DNA of 64,000 bases from Theionarchaea archaeon (GTDB lineage Archaea > Methanobacteriota_B > Thermococci > Methanofastidiosales > SZ-28-30): assembly GCA_018992685.1 (NCBI GenBank), contig JACVGT010000021.1, positions 1 through 64,000 of the forward strand, read 5' to 3'. The notes under the pieces are model-generated. The model was not told the origin of the DNA. It searched no databases and saw only the letters and a list, made by a program, of their open reading frames with translations. A program made the position numbers and the translations under genes. Shown here piece by piece: positions 50,453 to 62,012 of the stretch (positions are counted from its first letter, which is position 1; every line of letters begins with the position of its first letter).

Positions 50453-52396
50453 ATGAAAAAAGCTTTGTGGTACCCTTCTGAAGAACGCAAAAGGAATGCG
50501 AATATGACACAGTATATGAATTCCCTGAGCGAGACGTATGGACTGACGTTCAGAGACTACCATGAACTCTACGAGTGGTCTGTCAGAAACAGGGAGGATT
50601 TCTGGTCTTCACTGTGGCATTTTTTCGATGTACGAGCTTCTCGTCCGTATGGTACAGTACTGGAAAATCCTGATGACATGCTAAAGTCCAGATGGTTTCA
50701 GGGTGCCACGTTAAATTTCGCTGAGAACCTGTTGAGACACACTGACCAGCACACTGCACTCGTCTTCAAAGGTGAAACCCAAGACCCGATTTACGTCACC
50801 TACGGGGAGCTTTTCAGAAAGGCGGCGTCCTTGGCTGCTTCTTTGAAGGAATGTGGAGTTGCTGCAAGAGACAGAGTCGTCGGATTCATGCCCAATATGA
50901 TTGAGACTGTTGTGGCCATGCTGGCAACTGCCAGTCTCGGGGCTATATGGTCATCCTGTTCCCCAGATTTCGGAATCAAAGGCGTCCTGGATCGATTCGG
51001 ACAGATAGAACCCAAGGTACTGTTTACAGCAGATGGGTACAGCTACAAGGGGAAGAGGATTGATTCGCTTGAGAAAATTTCCGGTATCCTGGAGAAGATT
51101 CAATCTATTGAAAAAGTGGTAGTGGTCCCCTATGCAGAAGAACCCACGATCACTCTTCCCAAAGCAATTCACTATGAAGATTTTCAGACCAGTGCGTCCA
51201 GCATCCAGTTTGAACAGGTACCATTTGACCATCCTCTCTATATCCTGTATACATCTGGGACAACCGGTGCTCCCAAGTGCATGGTTCACGGGGTAGGGGG
51301 CACCTTGCTTCAACACATGAAAGAGCTGGTCTTACACACCAACCTGAAAAGAGATGATACCATTTTTTATTTCACCACGTGTGGGTGGATGATGTGGAAC
51401 TGGCTGGTGAGCTCGCTGGCTGTAGGCAGTACTGTGATCCTGTTCGACGGGAACCCCTTCTACCCTGATGAAGGAGCGCTCTTTCAACTGGCAGAAGATA
51501 CAGGGTTAAGTGTGTTTGGAACCAGTGCAAAGTACTTGGCTGAAGTGGAGAAGGCCGGACTAATCCCCTCAAAGGAATTTGACTTGAATGCATTGCAGAC
51601 AATCCTATCCACGGGATCTCCTTTGTCTGTGGAGAGTTTTGATTATGTGTATAGAAGCATAAGAGAGGATGTACAGCTGTCCTCGATATCGGGGGGATCT
51701 GACATCATTTCATGCTTTGCCCTGGGGTGTCCTCTCCTCCCTGTGTACCCGGGTGAACTGCAGTGCAGAGGGCTGGGGATGAAGGTAGAAGTACTTGATG
51801 AGAATCAGAAAAGCGTGGTAAATAGAAAGGGGGACCTGGTGTGCGCTGCATCATTTCCTTCCCAACCGATTTTTTTCTGGAATGATCCTTACAGCGAGAA
51901 GTACAAGAATGCCTATTTTGATGTGGTGGACAATGTGTGGGTGCACGGTGATTTTGCAGAAATCACTGACCACGGTGGCGTCATCATCTACGGGAGATCA
52001 GATGCCACCCTGAATCCTGGCGGGGTGCGGATTGGAACGGCTGAAATCTACAGGGAAGTGGATACGTTTCCAGAGGTTGTGGACAGTATCGTGGTTGGAC
52101 AACCCTGGAGGGGCGATGTCCGGGTTATTCTCTTTGTCAAGATGCGTGAAGGTACAACGCTGACAGACCAGATGAAGGACAAGGTGAGAAAGACGATCCA
52201 GGAGAACTGTTCTCCCCGTCACGTTCCCAGCAAGATCATCGGAATAGAAGATATCCCCTATACAATAAGTGGAAAAAAGGTGGAAGTTGCTGTGAGGAAG
52301 ATCATTGAGGGACGTCCTGTGTACAACAGAGATGCACTCAGTAATCCTGAAGCTCTTGACCTGTACCGGGACATACCTGAGCTTTCAACTGAGTGA
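50453..52396 (+). CDS. Acetoacetate--CoA ligase
   Basis: LNFAENLL, TSGTTGAPKC, SISGGSD, GRSDATLNPGGVRIGTAEIY. Confidence 0.95.
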   Translation: MKKALWYPSEERKRNANMTQYMNSLSETYGLTFRDYHELYEWSVRNREDFWSSLWHFFDVRASRPYGTVLENPDDMLKSRWFQGATLNFAENLLRHTDQHTALVFKGETQDPIYVTYGELFRKAASLAASLKECGVAARDRVVGFMPNMIETVVAMLATASLGAIWSSCSPDFGIKGVLDRFGQIEPKVLFTADGYSYKGKRIDSLEKISGILEKIQSIEKVVVVPYAEEPTITLPKAIHYEDFQTSASSIQFEQVPFDHPLYILYTSGTTGAPKCMVHGVGGTLLQHMKELVLHTNLKRDDTIFYFTTCGWMMWNWLVSSLAVGSTVILFDGNPFYPDEGALFQLAEDTGLSVFGTSAKYLAEVEKAGLIPSKEFDLNALQTILSTGSPLSVESFDYVYRSIREDVQLSSISGGSDIISCFALGCPLLPVYPGELQCRGLGMKVEVLDENQKSVVNRKGDLVCAASFPSQPIFFWNDPYSEKYKNAYFDVVDNVWVHGDFAEITDHGGVIIYGRSDATLNPGGVRIGTAEIYREVDTFPEVVDSIVVGQPWRGDVRVILFVKMREGTTLTDQMKDKVRKTIQENCSPRHVPSKIIGIEDIPYTISGKKVEVAVRKIIEGRPVYNRDALSNPEALDLYRDIPELSTE

Positions 52397-52451
52397 CATC
52401 CCGCTGCTGAGAAACCAAATGTATAAGTACATTCAGAGAGAAAGGGAGACT

Positions 52452-54671
52452 ATGATCTACGGTTGCGATTACATTGGCCGTGACCATGCCATCATCAGGT
52501 TGTTCAGCAAGAACGGAACAAAGCATGTGGACTATGATGAGGATTTCTTGCCGTATATTTACGGGATTGGCTGTACCTGTCAGGATTTGTCCGCGGTTCG
52601 GGGCATTAAAGAGTGTGAGCCTGTCTCCAGAACCTTCAAAGGTGAGAAGGTGGAGGCTGTGAGAATTGTCTTCCACTTTCCCAAAGATGTCCCCCTCTAC
52701 AGAGAGGAACTGCGCTCCTACTGCAAGATTTACGAGCACGACATTCCCTTTGCCCGGAGATATCTTATTGACAGTGATACATATCCCATGAGCGGTGACT
52801 GTGATCTGAAAGTCCTGGCCTTTGACATTGAAACATACACAGAGACATATCCTGATTCCAGGAAAGATCCCATAATAATGATTTCTCTGGCAACAAACGA
52901 GAAGAGTGCTGTTATCACGTACAAGCACAGTGAGAAGGATTTTGTTGAGGTTGTAGAGAATGAAGCCCTCATGCTGACCCGGTTTTTTGAATTGATACAG
53001 GAGATTGATCCTGACGTTTTGGTGACCTACAATGGGGATTCCTTTGATCTCCCCTACATTCTGGACAGAATCAAAATTTTGAAAGTTGAATGCCCTCTAG
53101 AATTCAGGATCCTGGGCAGGGGGGTCACCACCAAAGTCCGTGTCCCTGGGTTCTGTCACGTTGATCTTTTCCCCATTTCCAAGCGACTGCTGAATCTCAC
53201 CAATTACACACTGGAAGCTGTGTATGAAGAGATCACGGGGAGAAGAAAATCGAAAATCAGGGGCGATCACATATCCCAATACTGGGACAAAGGAGGTGAG
53301 CCCCTGGCTCAACTCATCGAGTATGCCAGAGAAGATGCGGAAGCAGCCCTGGCCATTGGTGAGAAGTTTCTCCCCCTCCAGTATGCACTCTCCCGAATTG
53401 TGGGGCAGACGCCCTTTGACATTTCCAGAGCGTCCAGTTCTGCCATGGTGGACTGGCTCCTCCTCCGAGAAGCGCACAAGAGGGGGGAAATTGCACCAAA
53501 CCAGCCTCACGGTGGAGAATATGAGAAACGGGCCTCTCAGAGTTACGAAGGGGCCTACGTTCTGGAGCCTGAAAAGGGTCTGCACGAGAACCTGGTCCAA
53601 CTGGACTTCAGGTCCCTGTATCCTTCCATTATCATAACCCACAATATTGATCCTTTGACTCTCGGGTGTGATTGCTGTGAGAACAATACATCTCCTGCAG
53701 GATATACCTTCTGCCTCAACAAGAAAGGGTTTATCCCAGAAATTCTAAAGACGCTTCTCAACGAAAGAGCAAAAGTCAAACAACAAATGAGAGAATCAGA
53801 TGACAGAATGCTGGAATTCCAGCAGTGGGCTCTCAAGATACTTGCCAACTCCTTTTATGGGTACATGGGCTACCCCCGGGCACGCTGGTATTCACTGGAA
53901 TGTGCTGAATCCACCACAGCCTGGGGGAGAATGTACCTGAAACAGATTATTGACATGGCGAAAAAGGAAGACCTGAGAGTTATTTACGGGGACACAGATT
54001 CCGTTTTTATTGCCATGAAAGACGCCAACATTGAGATGGCACTGACATTCTTGGAAACAGTCAACAGTTCTCTTCCCGAGTCCATGGAACTGGAATTCGA
54101 AGGATTCTACCCTCGGGGATTATTCGTAACCAAGAAAAAATATGCGCTGCTTGACGATAAGGGCACTTTCATCACCAAGGGGTTGGAGATTGTAAGAAGA
54201 GACTGGGCAGACATTGCCAAGAAAACCCAGCAGGACGTGCTTGAGATCATCCTGCGGGAGGGCAACCCTCAAAAAGCTGCACAGATCGTAGAACAGGTCA
54301 CTCACAGACTGAAACAGCGCCAGGTGGACCTGGAAGACCTGGTAATATACACTCGATTGACCATGCCCTTATCCCAGTACAAACAGATTGGCCCCCACGT
54401 ACAGATTGCCCAGAAGATGAAGCAGCAGGGAGAAGACGTGGGAGTTGGCTCCACCATTGCCTATATCGTGAAAGAGGGAAGAGGGCTCATCAGAGATCGC
54501 GTTGTACCCTATGAAGAAGGTGAATCCAGAGACATTCAGTACGATGCTGATTACTACATTGAGAACCAGGTGCTCCCTGCAGTAATGCGGATCATGACGG
54601 CTTTCGGATTCAAGAAAGAGGACTTAATCTATCAGAAAACAGAACAGATGTCTCTGGAAAAATGGTTCTGA
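52452..54671 (+). CDS. polB: Family B DNA polymerase
   Basis: FDIET, YNGDSFD, DFRSLYPS, KILANSFYGY, YGDTDS; C-terminal PIP box QMSLEKWF; no intein. Confidence 0.97.
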   Translation: MIYGCDYIGRDHAIIRLFSKNGTKHVDYDEDFLPYIYGIGCTCQDLSAVRGIKECEPVSRTFKGEKVEAVRIVFHFPKDVPLYREELRSYCKIYEHDIPFARRYLIDSDTYPMSGDCDLKVLAFDIETYTETYPDSRKDPIIMISLATNEKSAVITYKHSEKDFVEVVENEALMLTRFFELIQEIDPDVLVTYNGDSFDLPYILDRIKILKVECPLEFRILGRGVTTKVRVPGFCHVDLFPISKRLLNLTNYTLEAVYEEITGRRKSKIRGDHISQYWDKGGEPLAQLIEYAREDAEAALAIGEKFLPLQYALSRIVGQTPFDISRASSSAMVDWLLLREAHKRGEIAPNQPHGGEYEKRASQSYEGAYVLEPEKGLHENLVQLDFRSLYPSIIITHNIDPLTLGCDCCENNTSPAGYTFCLNKKGFIPEILKTLLNERAKVKQQMRESDDRMLEFQQWALKILANSFYGYMGYPRARWYSLECAESTTAWGRMYLKQIIDMAKKEDLRVIYGDTDSVFIAMKDANIEMALTFLETVNSSLPESMELEFEGFYPRGLFVTKKKYALLDDKGTFITKGLEIVRRDWADIAKKTQQDVLEIILREGNPQKAAQIVEQVTHRLKQRQVDLEDLVIYTRLTMPLSQYKQIGPHVQIAQKMKQQGEDVGVGSTIAYIVKEGRGLIRDRVVPYEEGESRDIQYDADYYIENQVLPAVMRIMTAFGFKKEDLIYQKTEQMSLEKWF

Positions 54672-54896
54672 ATGCAGTCTTCCAGAGATGACTCTTGGTT
54701 TTCAGGAGGAGTTGCCTGGTACGCAGAAGATGATTCCCAGCCCATCCCTTTCGACATCCTATGTATTCTTTCTGTCTATAATACTTCACCCCTTTTTCGA
54801 CAATTGTTGATATAACAAGAGGCGAACACCGAAAGAAATATATAGGTACACTCATAGTTGAGGCAATCAATTATAAATGTTTCCAAAGGCGGTGCC

Positions 54897-55682
54897 ATGC
54901 ACGATTATGATTATACAACACTCGATGTGAAATCCACGCAAGGGGTTCTGCATGTGGTGCTGGACAGACCAGAAGTTTATAATGCGTTTAATGAGCAGGT
55001 GGTAGAGGAACTCACTGAATGCTTCGCGAAAATATCGCAAGATGAAGGGTACTGTGTGATACTGACAGGAAATGGACGCCATTTCTGCGCCGGTGCAGAC
55101 CTCGGCTGGATGCAGAGGGTTGCATCATATACGAGAGAGGAGAATATGGAAGACTCCAAGAAGATGGCATTGATGTTTGATACTATTGACAGGTGCCCTA
55201 AGCCTGTGGTTGGGCGAGTCAATGGTTCTGCATTCGGTGGTGGGGTGGGACTGGTGGCAGTGTGTGATTACGTGGTGTGCAGTGAGAATGCTCAGTTCGC
55301 CTTCAGTGAGATCAACCTGGGTATTGTGCCTGCTGTTATCTCTACATATGTTCTGCCCAGGATAGGGATCTCTCGTGGAAGAGCATTGTTCCTGAGTGGA
55401 GAACGCTTCACTGCTCATGATGCACTGGCCATGGGGCTGGTTCATACTGTATGTCCTGCTGAAGAGCTGGACGGTGTATGTGAAGAAAAAGTTCAGGTGC
55501 TTGAGTCAAGCAGTCCCAGGGCAATGGCCGCAGCCAAAGAAATGATGAGGAAGTGGTCAGTGCTGCCCAGAGAAGAGTATAGAGAGTATACGACTGAGCT
55601 GATTGCCGGTCTGCGTGCTTCTGAGGAGGGGAATGAAGGGATATCAGCTTTTTTGGAAAAGAGAAGACCTGTATGGAGGTGA
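54897..55682 (+). CDS. Enoyl-CoA hydratase, methylglutaconyl-CoA hydratase (LiuC)-like
   Basis: FCAGADL.WM, GGGVGLVAVCD, SEINLGIVPAVIS; context. Confidence 0.88.
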   Translation: MHDYDYTTLDVKSTQGVLHVVLDRPEVYNAFNEQVVEELTECFAKISQDEGYCVILTGNGRHFCAGADLGWMQRVASYTREENMEDSKKMALMFDTIDRCPKPVVGRVNGSAFGGGVGLVAVCDYVVCSENAQFAFSEINLGIVPAVISTYVLPRIGISRGRALFLSGERFTAHDALAMGLVHTVCPAEELDGVCEEKVQVLESSSPRAMAAAKEMMRKWSVLPREEYREYTTELIAGLRASEEGNEGISAFLEKRRPVWR

Positions 55683-55686
55683 TCAA

Positions 55687-57192
55687 ATTCTGGAAAAGGT
55701 TTTGATAGCCAACAGGGGGGAAATTGCAGTTCGTATTTTGACTGCTTGTCAGGAATTGGGAATCAAGACGGTGGCAATCTACTCTGATGTGGATGCGAAT
55801 TCACCCCATGTTCGGAATGCAGATGAAGCGTATTGCCTGGGTGACCCTGAGCCACGTTCCAGCTACCTAAATGTGGATAAGATCATAGCAGCGGCAAAGG
55901 AAATGGGAGCTGAAGCAATTCACCCGGGATATGGATTTCTGGCTGAGAATCCAGAGTTTGCCAGCCGGTGTGAAAAAGAAGGCATCATCTTTATTGGTCC
56001 CAGCAGTGAGGTCATACGGCTGATGGGCCACAAAGTGGAGGCAAAGAGTACCATCAAGACAGCAGGAGTCCCCGTGATTCCCGGATATCATGGCGGGGAT
56101 CAGAAGAGTGAAGCCCTGGTTGAAGAAGGGATAGCCATTGGATTTCCCCTGCTGATTAAGGCAGCTTCAGGCGGGGGCGGGAAAGGTATGCGCATCGTGC
56201 GAACAAAGGAGGAACTGCCGGAGCTTATTGAAAGCTGCAAACGTGAATCTCTGAAAGCATTTGGGGATGAAACTGTCTTTCTGGAAAAGTATCTGGACAG
56301 GCCCCGCCACATTGAATTCCAGGTTCTGGGAGACAATCACGGTCACATGATCCATCTGTTTGAGAGAGAATGTTCCATCCAGAGGCGGCACCAGAAGATC
56401 ATTGAGGAAACTCCTTCCACAGCTCTTGACCAGTCTCTCCGCAAAACCATGGGGGAGGCAGCTACCAGGGCAGCCGAGGCTGTGGGCTACACCAACGCGG
56501 GGACTGTAGAGTTCATGGTGGATGCTGAGAAAAATTTCTACTTCCTGGAAATGAATACCCGACTGCAAGTGGAGCATCCCGTAACTGAATTCGTTACTGG
56601 TGTAGATCTGGTAAAATGGCAGCTACGGATTGCGTCCGGAGAGCCCCTGACCCTTGATCAGGCAACAGTTGCCCAGAGGGGGCATGCTGTGGAATGCAGA
56701 GTCTACGCAGAAGATCCCCAGAATGAATTCCTTCCATCTACCGGCATTATCCACTACGTGGAGCTTCCAGAAGGAGTTAACATACGGAATGATTCTGGTA
56801 TCGAATCTAACATGAACGTAACTTCCCACTACGACCCTCTTCTGGCCAAGCTGACAGTTTACGCTGAATCCCGCTGTGAAGCAGTTGAAAAGATGATGTG
56901 GGCTCTTTCCAATTATGTTATTTTGGGTGTGACTACCAACATCAGTTTTCTCAGACGAATTCTGGCTCATCCTGACTTTAGAAATGGAAATATTACCACT
57001 CATTTCATAGAAGAGCATGAAGAAGTATTTCAAGAGCCTGAAATCCCCCATGAAGCACTTATTTCCGCCGCAATGGCAGAAAAACTGCGAGTATCTCCTC
57101 AGAAAGTGTCAGTTGAAGGTGCTGCATCACTGTCAGGAACAGAGGACCCCTACTCCCCCTGGAAAATTAGGAGCAACTGGAGTAATGTGTGA
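55687..57192 (+). CDS. Biotin carboxylase subunit (methylcrotonyl-CoA carboxylase alpha, BC part)
   Basis: VLIANRGEIA, HPGYGFLAEN, GGGGKGMR, EMNTRLQVEH; likely ATT start after GGAGGTGA. Confidence 0.93.
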   Translation: MLEKVLIANRGEIAVRILTACQELGIKTVAIYSDVDANSPHVRNADEAYCLGDPEPRSSYLNVDKIIAAAKEMGAEAIHPGYGFLAENPEFASRCEKEGIIFIGPSSEVIRLMGHKVEAKSTIKTAGVPVIPGYHGGDQKSEALVEEGIAIGFPLLIKAASGGGGKGMRIVRTKEELPELIESCKRESLKAFGDETVFLEKYLDRPRHIEFQVLGDNHGHMIHLFERECSIQRRHQKIIEETPSTALDQSLRKTMGEAATRAAEAVGYTNAGTVEFMVDAEKNFYFLEMNTRLQVEHPVTEFVTGVDLVKWQLRIASGEPLTLDQATVAQRGHAVECRVYAEDPQNEFLPSTGIIHYVELPEGVNIRNDSGIESNMNVTSHYDPLLAKLTVYAESRCEAVEKMMWALSNYVILGVTTNISFLRRILAHPDFRNGNITTHFIEEHEEVFQEPEIPHEALISAAMAEKLRVSPQKVSVEGAASLSGTEDPYSPWKIRSNWSNV

Positions 57193-57201
57193 GGTGGTGA
57201 A

Positions 57202-57711
57202 ATGGAAATGTACTTTGAACACAAGAACGCAATCCATAAGGTGGATGTGGAGCAGCGCTCAGATGCCTGGGAAATTCGGATTGGAGAACAGGTGTATAAC
57301 GTTTCCGCATCCCAGATAGGGGAAGCCCATCTGCAAGTTTCCGTGAATAATGCTTGTTTCCAGCCACGAGTTTTCTGTAATGGCCAGAAGCAATTTGTGT
57401 TCTGCAACGGAGAAACCTACTGCCTGAAAAGAGCTATTCGCAGCTCCCAAATTCACGATCATGTTGAAGGGGAGATCATTTCTCCTATTGGAGGCAAAAT
57501 AGTTAAAGTATTTGCCTCCGAAGGTGATATTGTGGAGAAAGGAGAAAACCTGGTCATCATTGAATCAATGAAAATGGAGCACAGAGTGAAGGCCCCCATG
57601 AAAGGAACAGTGATGAGACTCCGGTATGGAGAGGGAGCCATTGTAGACACTGGCGAGGTTTTAGTAGACATGGAGCCAGACAGAACTGCCACCGGACAGG
57701 CAGAATGGTAA
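57202..57711 (+). CDS. Biotin carboxyl carrier protein (BT + BCCP)
   Basis: ESMKME biotinylation motif. Confidence 0.92.
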   Translation: MEMYFEHKNAIHKVDVEQRSDAWEIRIGEQVYNVSASQIGEAHLQVSVNNACFQPRVFCNGQKQFVFCNGETYCLKRAIRSSQIHDHVEGEIISPIGGKIVKVFASEGDIVEKGENLVIIESMKMEHRVKAPMKGTVMRLRYGEGAIVDTGEVLVDMEPDRTATGQAEW

Positions 57712-57754
57712 CGACTCCAGTGAAAGAATAGAAGAATAAGGAAATGGTGATTTC

Positions 57755-59362
57755 ATGGAAGTCATAGAAACCCAGATAGACCCTGATGATCCAGAATTCA
57801 AGGAAAATAGAGAGCACTACCTCAAATTGTTGAAAAACCTGAATGATACCCTAAACAGGGTAAAAGGAGGAGGCAGCGAGCAGGCCTGTGAACTGCATAA
57901 ATCCAGAGGAAAAATGCTGGTCAGAGACAGGATTAAAACCCTCCTGGACAAAGATAGCCCTTTCCTGGAATTCAGTACACTGGCTGCATACAATATGTAC
58001 AATAATGATGCCCCCTGCGCAGGCATTATCACAGGGATTGGGATCATCCATGGAAAGGAAGTGGTCATTATTGCCAATGATGCCACAGTAAAGGGGGGGA
58101 CCTACTACCCAATGACAGTGAAAAAGCATTTGCGAGCTCAGGAAATCGCCCTGGAGAACAGACTGCCCTGCATATACCTGGTAGATTCAGGGGGAGCTTT
58201 CCTCCCCATGCAGGACGAAGTCTTTCCTGATCGAGAGCACTTTGGCCGCATCTTCTACAACCAGGCAGTAATGTCTTCAAAACAGATCCCCCAGATTGCA
58301 GTGGTCATGGGGATGTGCACAGCAGGTGGCGCCTATGTTCCTGCCATGTCGGATGAGACTATCATTGTCAAGGAGACGGGAACCATTTTCCTGGGAGGAC
58401 CTCCTCTGGTGAAAGCTGCTACCCATGAAGATGTCACTCCTGAGGAACTGGGTGGTGCTGATGTCCATTGCCGGATTTCCGGGGTGGCTGACCACTATGC
58501 CCATGATGACATGCATGCTATCCAGATGTGCAGGTCCATTGTGGAGAACCTAAACCGCCCCACCAAGACCTTTCTGGATGTCAAGCCCCCGGAAGATCCC
58601 CTCTACCCGGTGGAGGAAATCTACGGGATCATCCCGAAAGATTCCAGGGTGCCCTTCGAAGTGAGGGAGGTCATTGCCCGGTTGGTGGATGGCAGCGAAT
58701 TCCATGAATTCAAGAAGGTGTATGGTACCACGCTGGTCACCGGATTTGCCAGAATCATGGGGTATCCGGTAGGAATCCTGGCCAACAATGGTGTTCTACT
58801 CAGTGAAAGTGCTTTCAAGGGGACGCATTTTATTGAGATCTGTTGCCAGCGGAGAATCCCTCTAGTATTCCTGCAGAATATTACAGGATTCATGGTGGGA
58901 AGGCAGTCTGAAGCAGGTGGAATTGCCAAGAATGGTGCTAAGATGGTATCTGCAGTTGCTGTGGCTCAGGTGCCCAAGTTTACGGTGATCATTGGTGGTT
59001 CTTTTGGGGCAGGTAACTACAGCATGTGTGGACGCGCGTACCAGCCTCGCCAGCTGTGGATGTGGCCCAATGCCCGAATTTCTGTCATGGGGGGGCAGCA
59101 GGCTGCTACGGTGCTCCTCACTGTGAAAAAGGATCAGTTATGGAGAAAGGGAATAGAATTGTCTGAAAAGGAAGAAGAAGCCATCGTAGAACCCATTATG
59201 GAAAAATACGAGAATGAGGGGAACCCTTACTACAGTTCATCCAGGTTGTGGGATGATGGTATCATCAATCCGAAAGACACTCGACTGGTGCTGGCCCTCG
59301 GGATTTCTGCTTCCCTAAATGTCCCTATACCCGATCCACCCTTTGCCCTGTACAGAATGTGA
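57755..59362 (+). CDS. Methylcrotonyl-CoA carboxylase beta (carboxyltransferase)
   Basis: [46 protein letters not shown]. Confidence 0.94.
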   Translation: MEVIETQIDPDDPEFKENREHYLKLLKNLNDTLNRVKGGGSEQACELHKSRGKMLVRDRIKTLLDKDSPFLEFSTLAAYNMYNNDAPCAGIITGIGIIHGKEVVIIANDATVKGGTYYPMTVKKHLRAQEIALENRLPCIYLVDSGGAFLPMQDEVFPDREHFGRIFYNQAVMSSKQIPQIAVVMGMCTAGGAYVPAMSDETIIVKETGTIFLGGPPLVKAATHEDVTPEELGGADVHCRISGVADHYAHDDMHAIQMCRSIVENLNRPTKTFLDVKPPEDPLYPVEEIYGIIPKDSRVPFEVREVIARLVDGSEFHEFKKVYGTTLVTGFARIMGYPVGILANNGVLLSESAFKGTHFIEICCQRRIPLVFLQNITGFMVGRQSEAGGIAKNGAKMVSAVAVAQVPKFTVIIGGSFGAGNYSMCGRAYQPRQLWMWPNARISVMGGQQAATVLLTVKKDQLWRKGIELSEKEEEAIVEPIMEKYENEGNPYYSSSRLWDDGIINPKDTRLVLALGISASLNVPIPDPPFALYRM

Positions 59363-59813
59363 TGAGAACGTTTCTGATCATTAACCCTGAGAAGAGAGCC
59401 TCGATGGAAAGGTAATCGAGGATGGTACCACCATGGCAATAGATCTTATGTTGAGATACTAACTCTGAAACCCCTCCTGTGTCAAAAGCCCCTGAAACGT
59501 ACCCGCTGTTCCACATCAAGAGAAGGGAATTTCGCATAAGGAACGTGCGGAAACCGTCTGTAACATCCAATCGCCGCCACCATCTCAGAACTCTCTCCCA
59601 TTCAGGATTGTAGTGACACAGAAATTTCACTTCAACAAAAGATGTTTAGGTTACAATACAACAGTAAATATCGCTAGAAAACTACAATATCATCAAAGAA
59701 TCTGTTAAATTTCCAACATAGTGCCGTTGTTACGGTTTATAGCCACCGAAAGGTATTTAAGCATAATGATGTACCGTGGTACACATTCAATAACTTTAAA
59801 GGGAGGTGAAAAC

Positions 59814-62012
59814 ATGAGGAAAGAAATGAGTCTAGTGCTGATAGGTATACTGGTTCTCGCAATCTACGTGCCGGTTAGTGCTCCAAGTGGTGAAGATGTG
59901 CACTTGATCTTCGAGACAACTGACAAGGCAGGATTAACCAATGTTATTAACGCTGCTGGCGGTCACGTTACCACTGAATTTGTCACAGTAGACATGCTGG
60001 CTGCTGAGATTCCATTCAGCGCCCTGGAGGACGTTCTTGGTAGCTCATACATTGTTTCAGTGTGGAAGGACCGCGTACAGACATTGCCAGAAGTTCCTGA
60101 AACTACAGACGGTGACAACTTCGAAACTACTGAAGTCATGGACATATCAGCACAGATATCAGGCTCTTACACACTTGAGGATATAGAGAGCTTACCGGAA
60201 GACTACTACAACTACATGGTGACTGGAGCTCAGGAAGTATGGTCTGAGACCAATGCTGGTGCCGGAACCCTGGTAGCTGTCATTGACACTGGTACGTTCC
60301 CATACCACCCGTGTCTGTATCCCCGTGTGATCGGTGGTATCAGCTTCGCACCTGACGAGCCCTCTGACTCCTGGGGCGACCCTGACAATCACTACCACGG
60401 AACTGTTTGTGCGGGTATTGTTGCATCCAACGCTGCTGTTCTCCTGCCCAAGACTCACCTGTGGGGTCAGGCTATCATGAGATATGCACCAGCCGAGAGC
60501 TGGATTGACTACGACGAAGACTACATTCTCGTCCCACTTCTGGGAATGGCTCCACTGGCTGAGATCTATGCCATCAAAGTCTTCCCCAAGTCAGGTGCAG
60601 GTGTGCCCACGTCAGTAGTCATGCAGGGAATTGACCATGCCATCTACATGAGACAGCTGTATGATGCCACTGGTGGTGCAGAAGGACTGCCCATTGACGT
60701 AATCAGCATGAGTCTGGGAGGAGCCACTGGCTACGATGGACATGATGCTGAAGACAAGCTGGTAGATAAAGCCACAGAGGTGGGTATAGTTGTGTCAGCC
60801 GCTGCTGGTAACAGTGGCCCTGCACTGAATACGATAGAGGCACCCGGAAATGCCAACACATCTCTTGCTGTAGGTGCAGCAGCTGATCCTATCCACACAA
60901 GAGTAGGATCGGATATTGCATACGGCATACCCGGCATTGGAGCAGACATGTTTCCCTACGATGAGCAACAGATCATCTACTTCTCCAGCCACGGACCCAC
61001 CAGTGACGGCCGTCTGGGCCCGGATGTTCTGGCATGCGGTGTCTATGCCCTGTCTGCCTTCCCACCGTACTCAATCGGAATCATGTCAGGAACGTCATCT
61101 GCTTGTCCTGCTGTATCCGGTGCAGCTGCGCTGCTGGTGAGCTGGCAGAAGACAAACCTGGGTGCTGCCAATCCCTACCAGATCAGGAACGCCATCATTG
61201 AAGGAGCTGTTCCACTTACCAAGCCCTACGGCATCTATGCTCAGGGTAACGGGTACCTGAATCTGCCCAACTCGCTGAGCTTGCTGCAAGGCGGAATCGA
61301 TGATGGACTGCACCTGCACAAGAGCTACACCTATGAAGCAACTGACCTTCATGGCGGTACCCAAACGTGGTTCACTGGGACCTTGGAGCCCGGAATTGCC
61401 TACGACCTGACCATTGCTGTTGATGAAGACACTCAGAAACTGGACATCTCTCTGACCGACGTTACCTTCTCCGGATCACAGAATCCCTGGCTGGGAGACT
61501 CTATCGAGTTCTATGTCCAGGATTCAGTCCGAACAAGTGATGCCTTTATTTACAACAGTATCAATGTCTACGGTGACGCCGACTTCACTGCCTACGAGCC
61601 GAGCCCCGGTAAGGTCAGAATCGTCATCGAGGCTGATTGGACGAACTGGGGAACCCTGTCCTGCAATATTACAGTCACGGAAACAGAAAGCCAGGAAAAC
61701 AACGGCGGGCCCAAAGAAGTTATCGGCTTCGACGAATGGCACCAGTACAACATCGAAGTTCCTGAAGGTCTGAGCTATGTGGTCTTCGAACTGTGGTGGT
61801 TGCACGATTGGTCTATGTGGCCCACGTATGACCTGGACATGTACATCTTTGATCCCAACGGCTACTTGTACGTAGATGGTGCGACACTTGCATCGCCGGA
61901 GAAGCAGGTCTTTGCTGCTCCTGTACCAGGTACCTACATAGTCTTAGTCTACGGCTACGATATCTACCACGGGAAGGATCCGTACCAGCTGAGAGTTCAA
62001 TTCATTGAATAA
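59814..62012 (+). CDS. Secreted S8 subtilisin-like protease with C-terminal PPC-like domains
   Basis: Signal peptide; VIDTG, HGT, AAAGNSG, SGTS; GGAGGTGA RBS. Confidence 0.94.
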   Translation: MRKEMSLVLIGILVLAIYVPVSAPSGEDVHLIFETTDKAGLTNVINAAGGHVTTEFVTVDMLAAEIPFSALEDVLGSSYIVSVWKDRVQTLPEVPETTDGDNFETTEVMDISAQISGSYTLEDIESLPEDYYNYMVTGAQEVWSETNAGAGTLVAVIDTGTFPYHPCLYPRVIGGISFAPDEPSDSWGDPDNHYHGTVCAGIVASNAAVLLPKTHLWGQAIMRYAPAESWIDYDEDYILVPLLGMAPLAEIYAIKVFPKSGAGVPTSVVMQGIDHAIYMRQLYDATGGAEGLPIDVISMSLGGATGYDGHDAEDKLVDKATEVGIVVSAAAGNSGPALNTIEAPGNANTSLAVGAAADPIHTRVGSDIAYGIPGIGADMFPYDEQQIIYFSSHGPTSDGRLGPDVLACGVYALSAFPPYSIGIMSGTSSACPAVSGAAALLVSWQKTNLGAANPYQIRNAIIEGAVPLTKPYGIYAQGNGYLNLPNSLSLLQGGIDDGLHLHKSYTYEATDLHGGTQTWFTGTLEPGIAYDLTIAVDEDTQKLDISLTDVTFSGSQNPWLGDSIEFYVQDSVRTSDAFIYNSINVYGDADFTAYEPSPGKVRIVIEADWTNWGTLSCNITVTETESQENNGGPKEVIGFDEWHQYNIEVPEGLSYVVFELWWLHDWSMWPTYDLDMYIFDPNGYLYVDGATLASPEKQVFAAPVPGTYIVLVYGYDIYHGKDPYQLRVQFIE

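Noticed and set aside
59325-59640. Short ORFs between the carboxylase and the S8 protease
   Set aside because: No recognisable family in any frame
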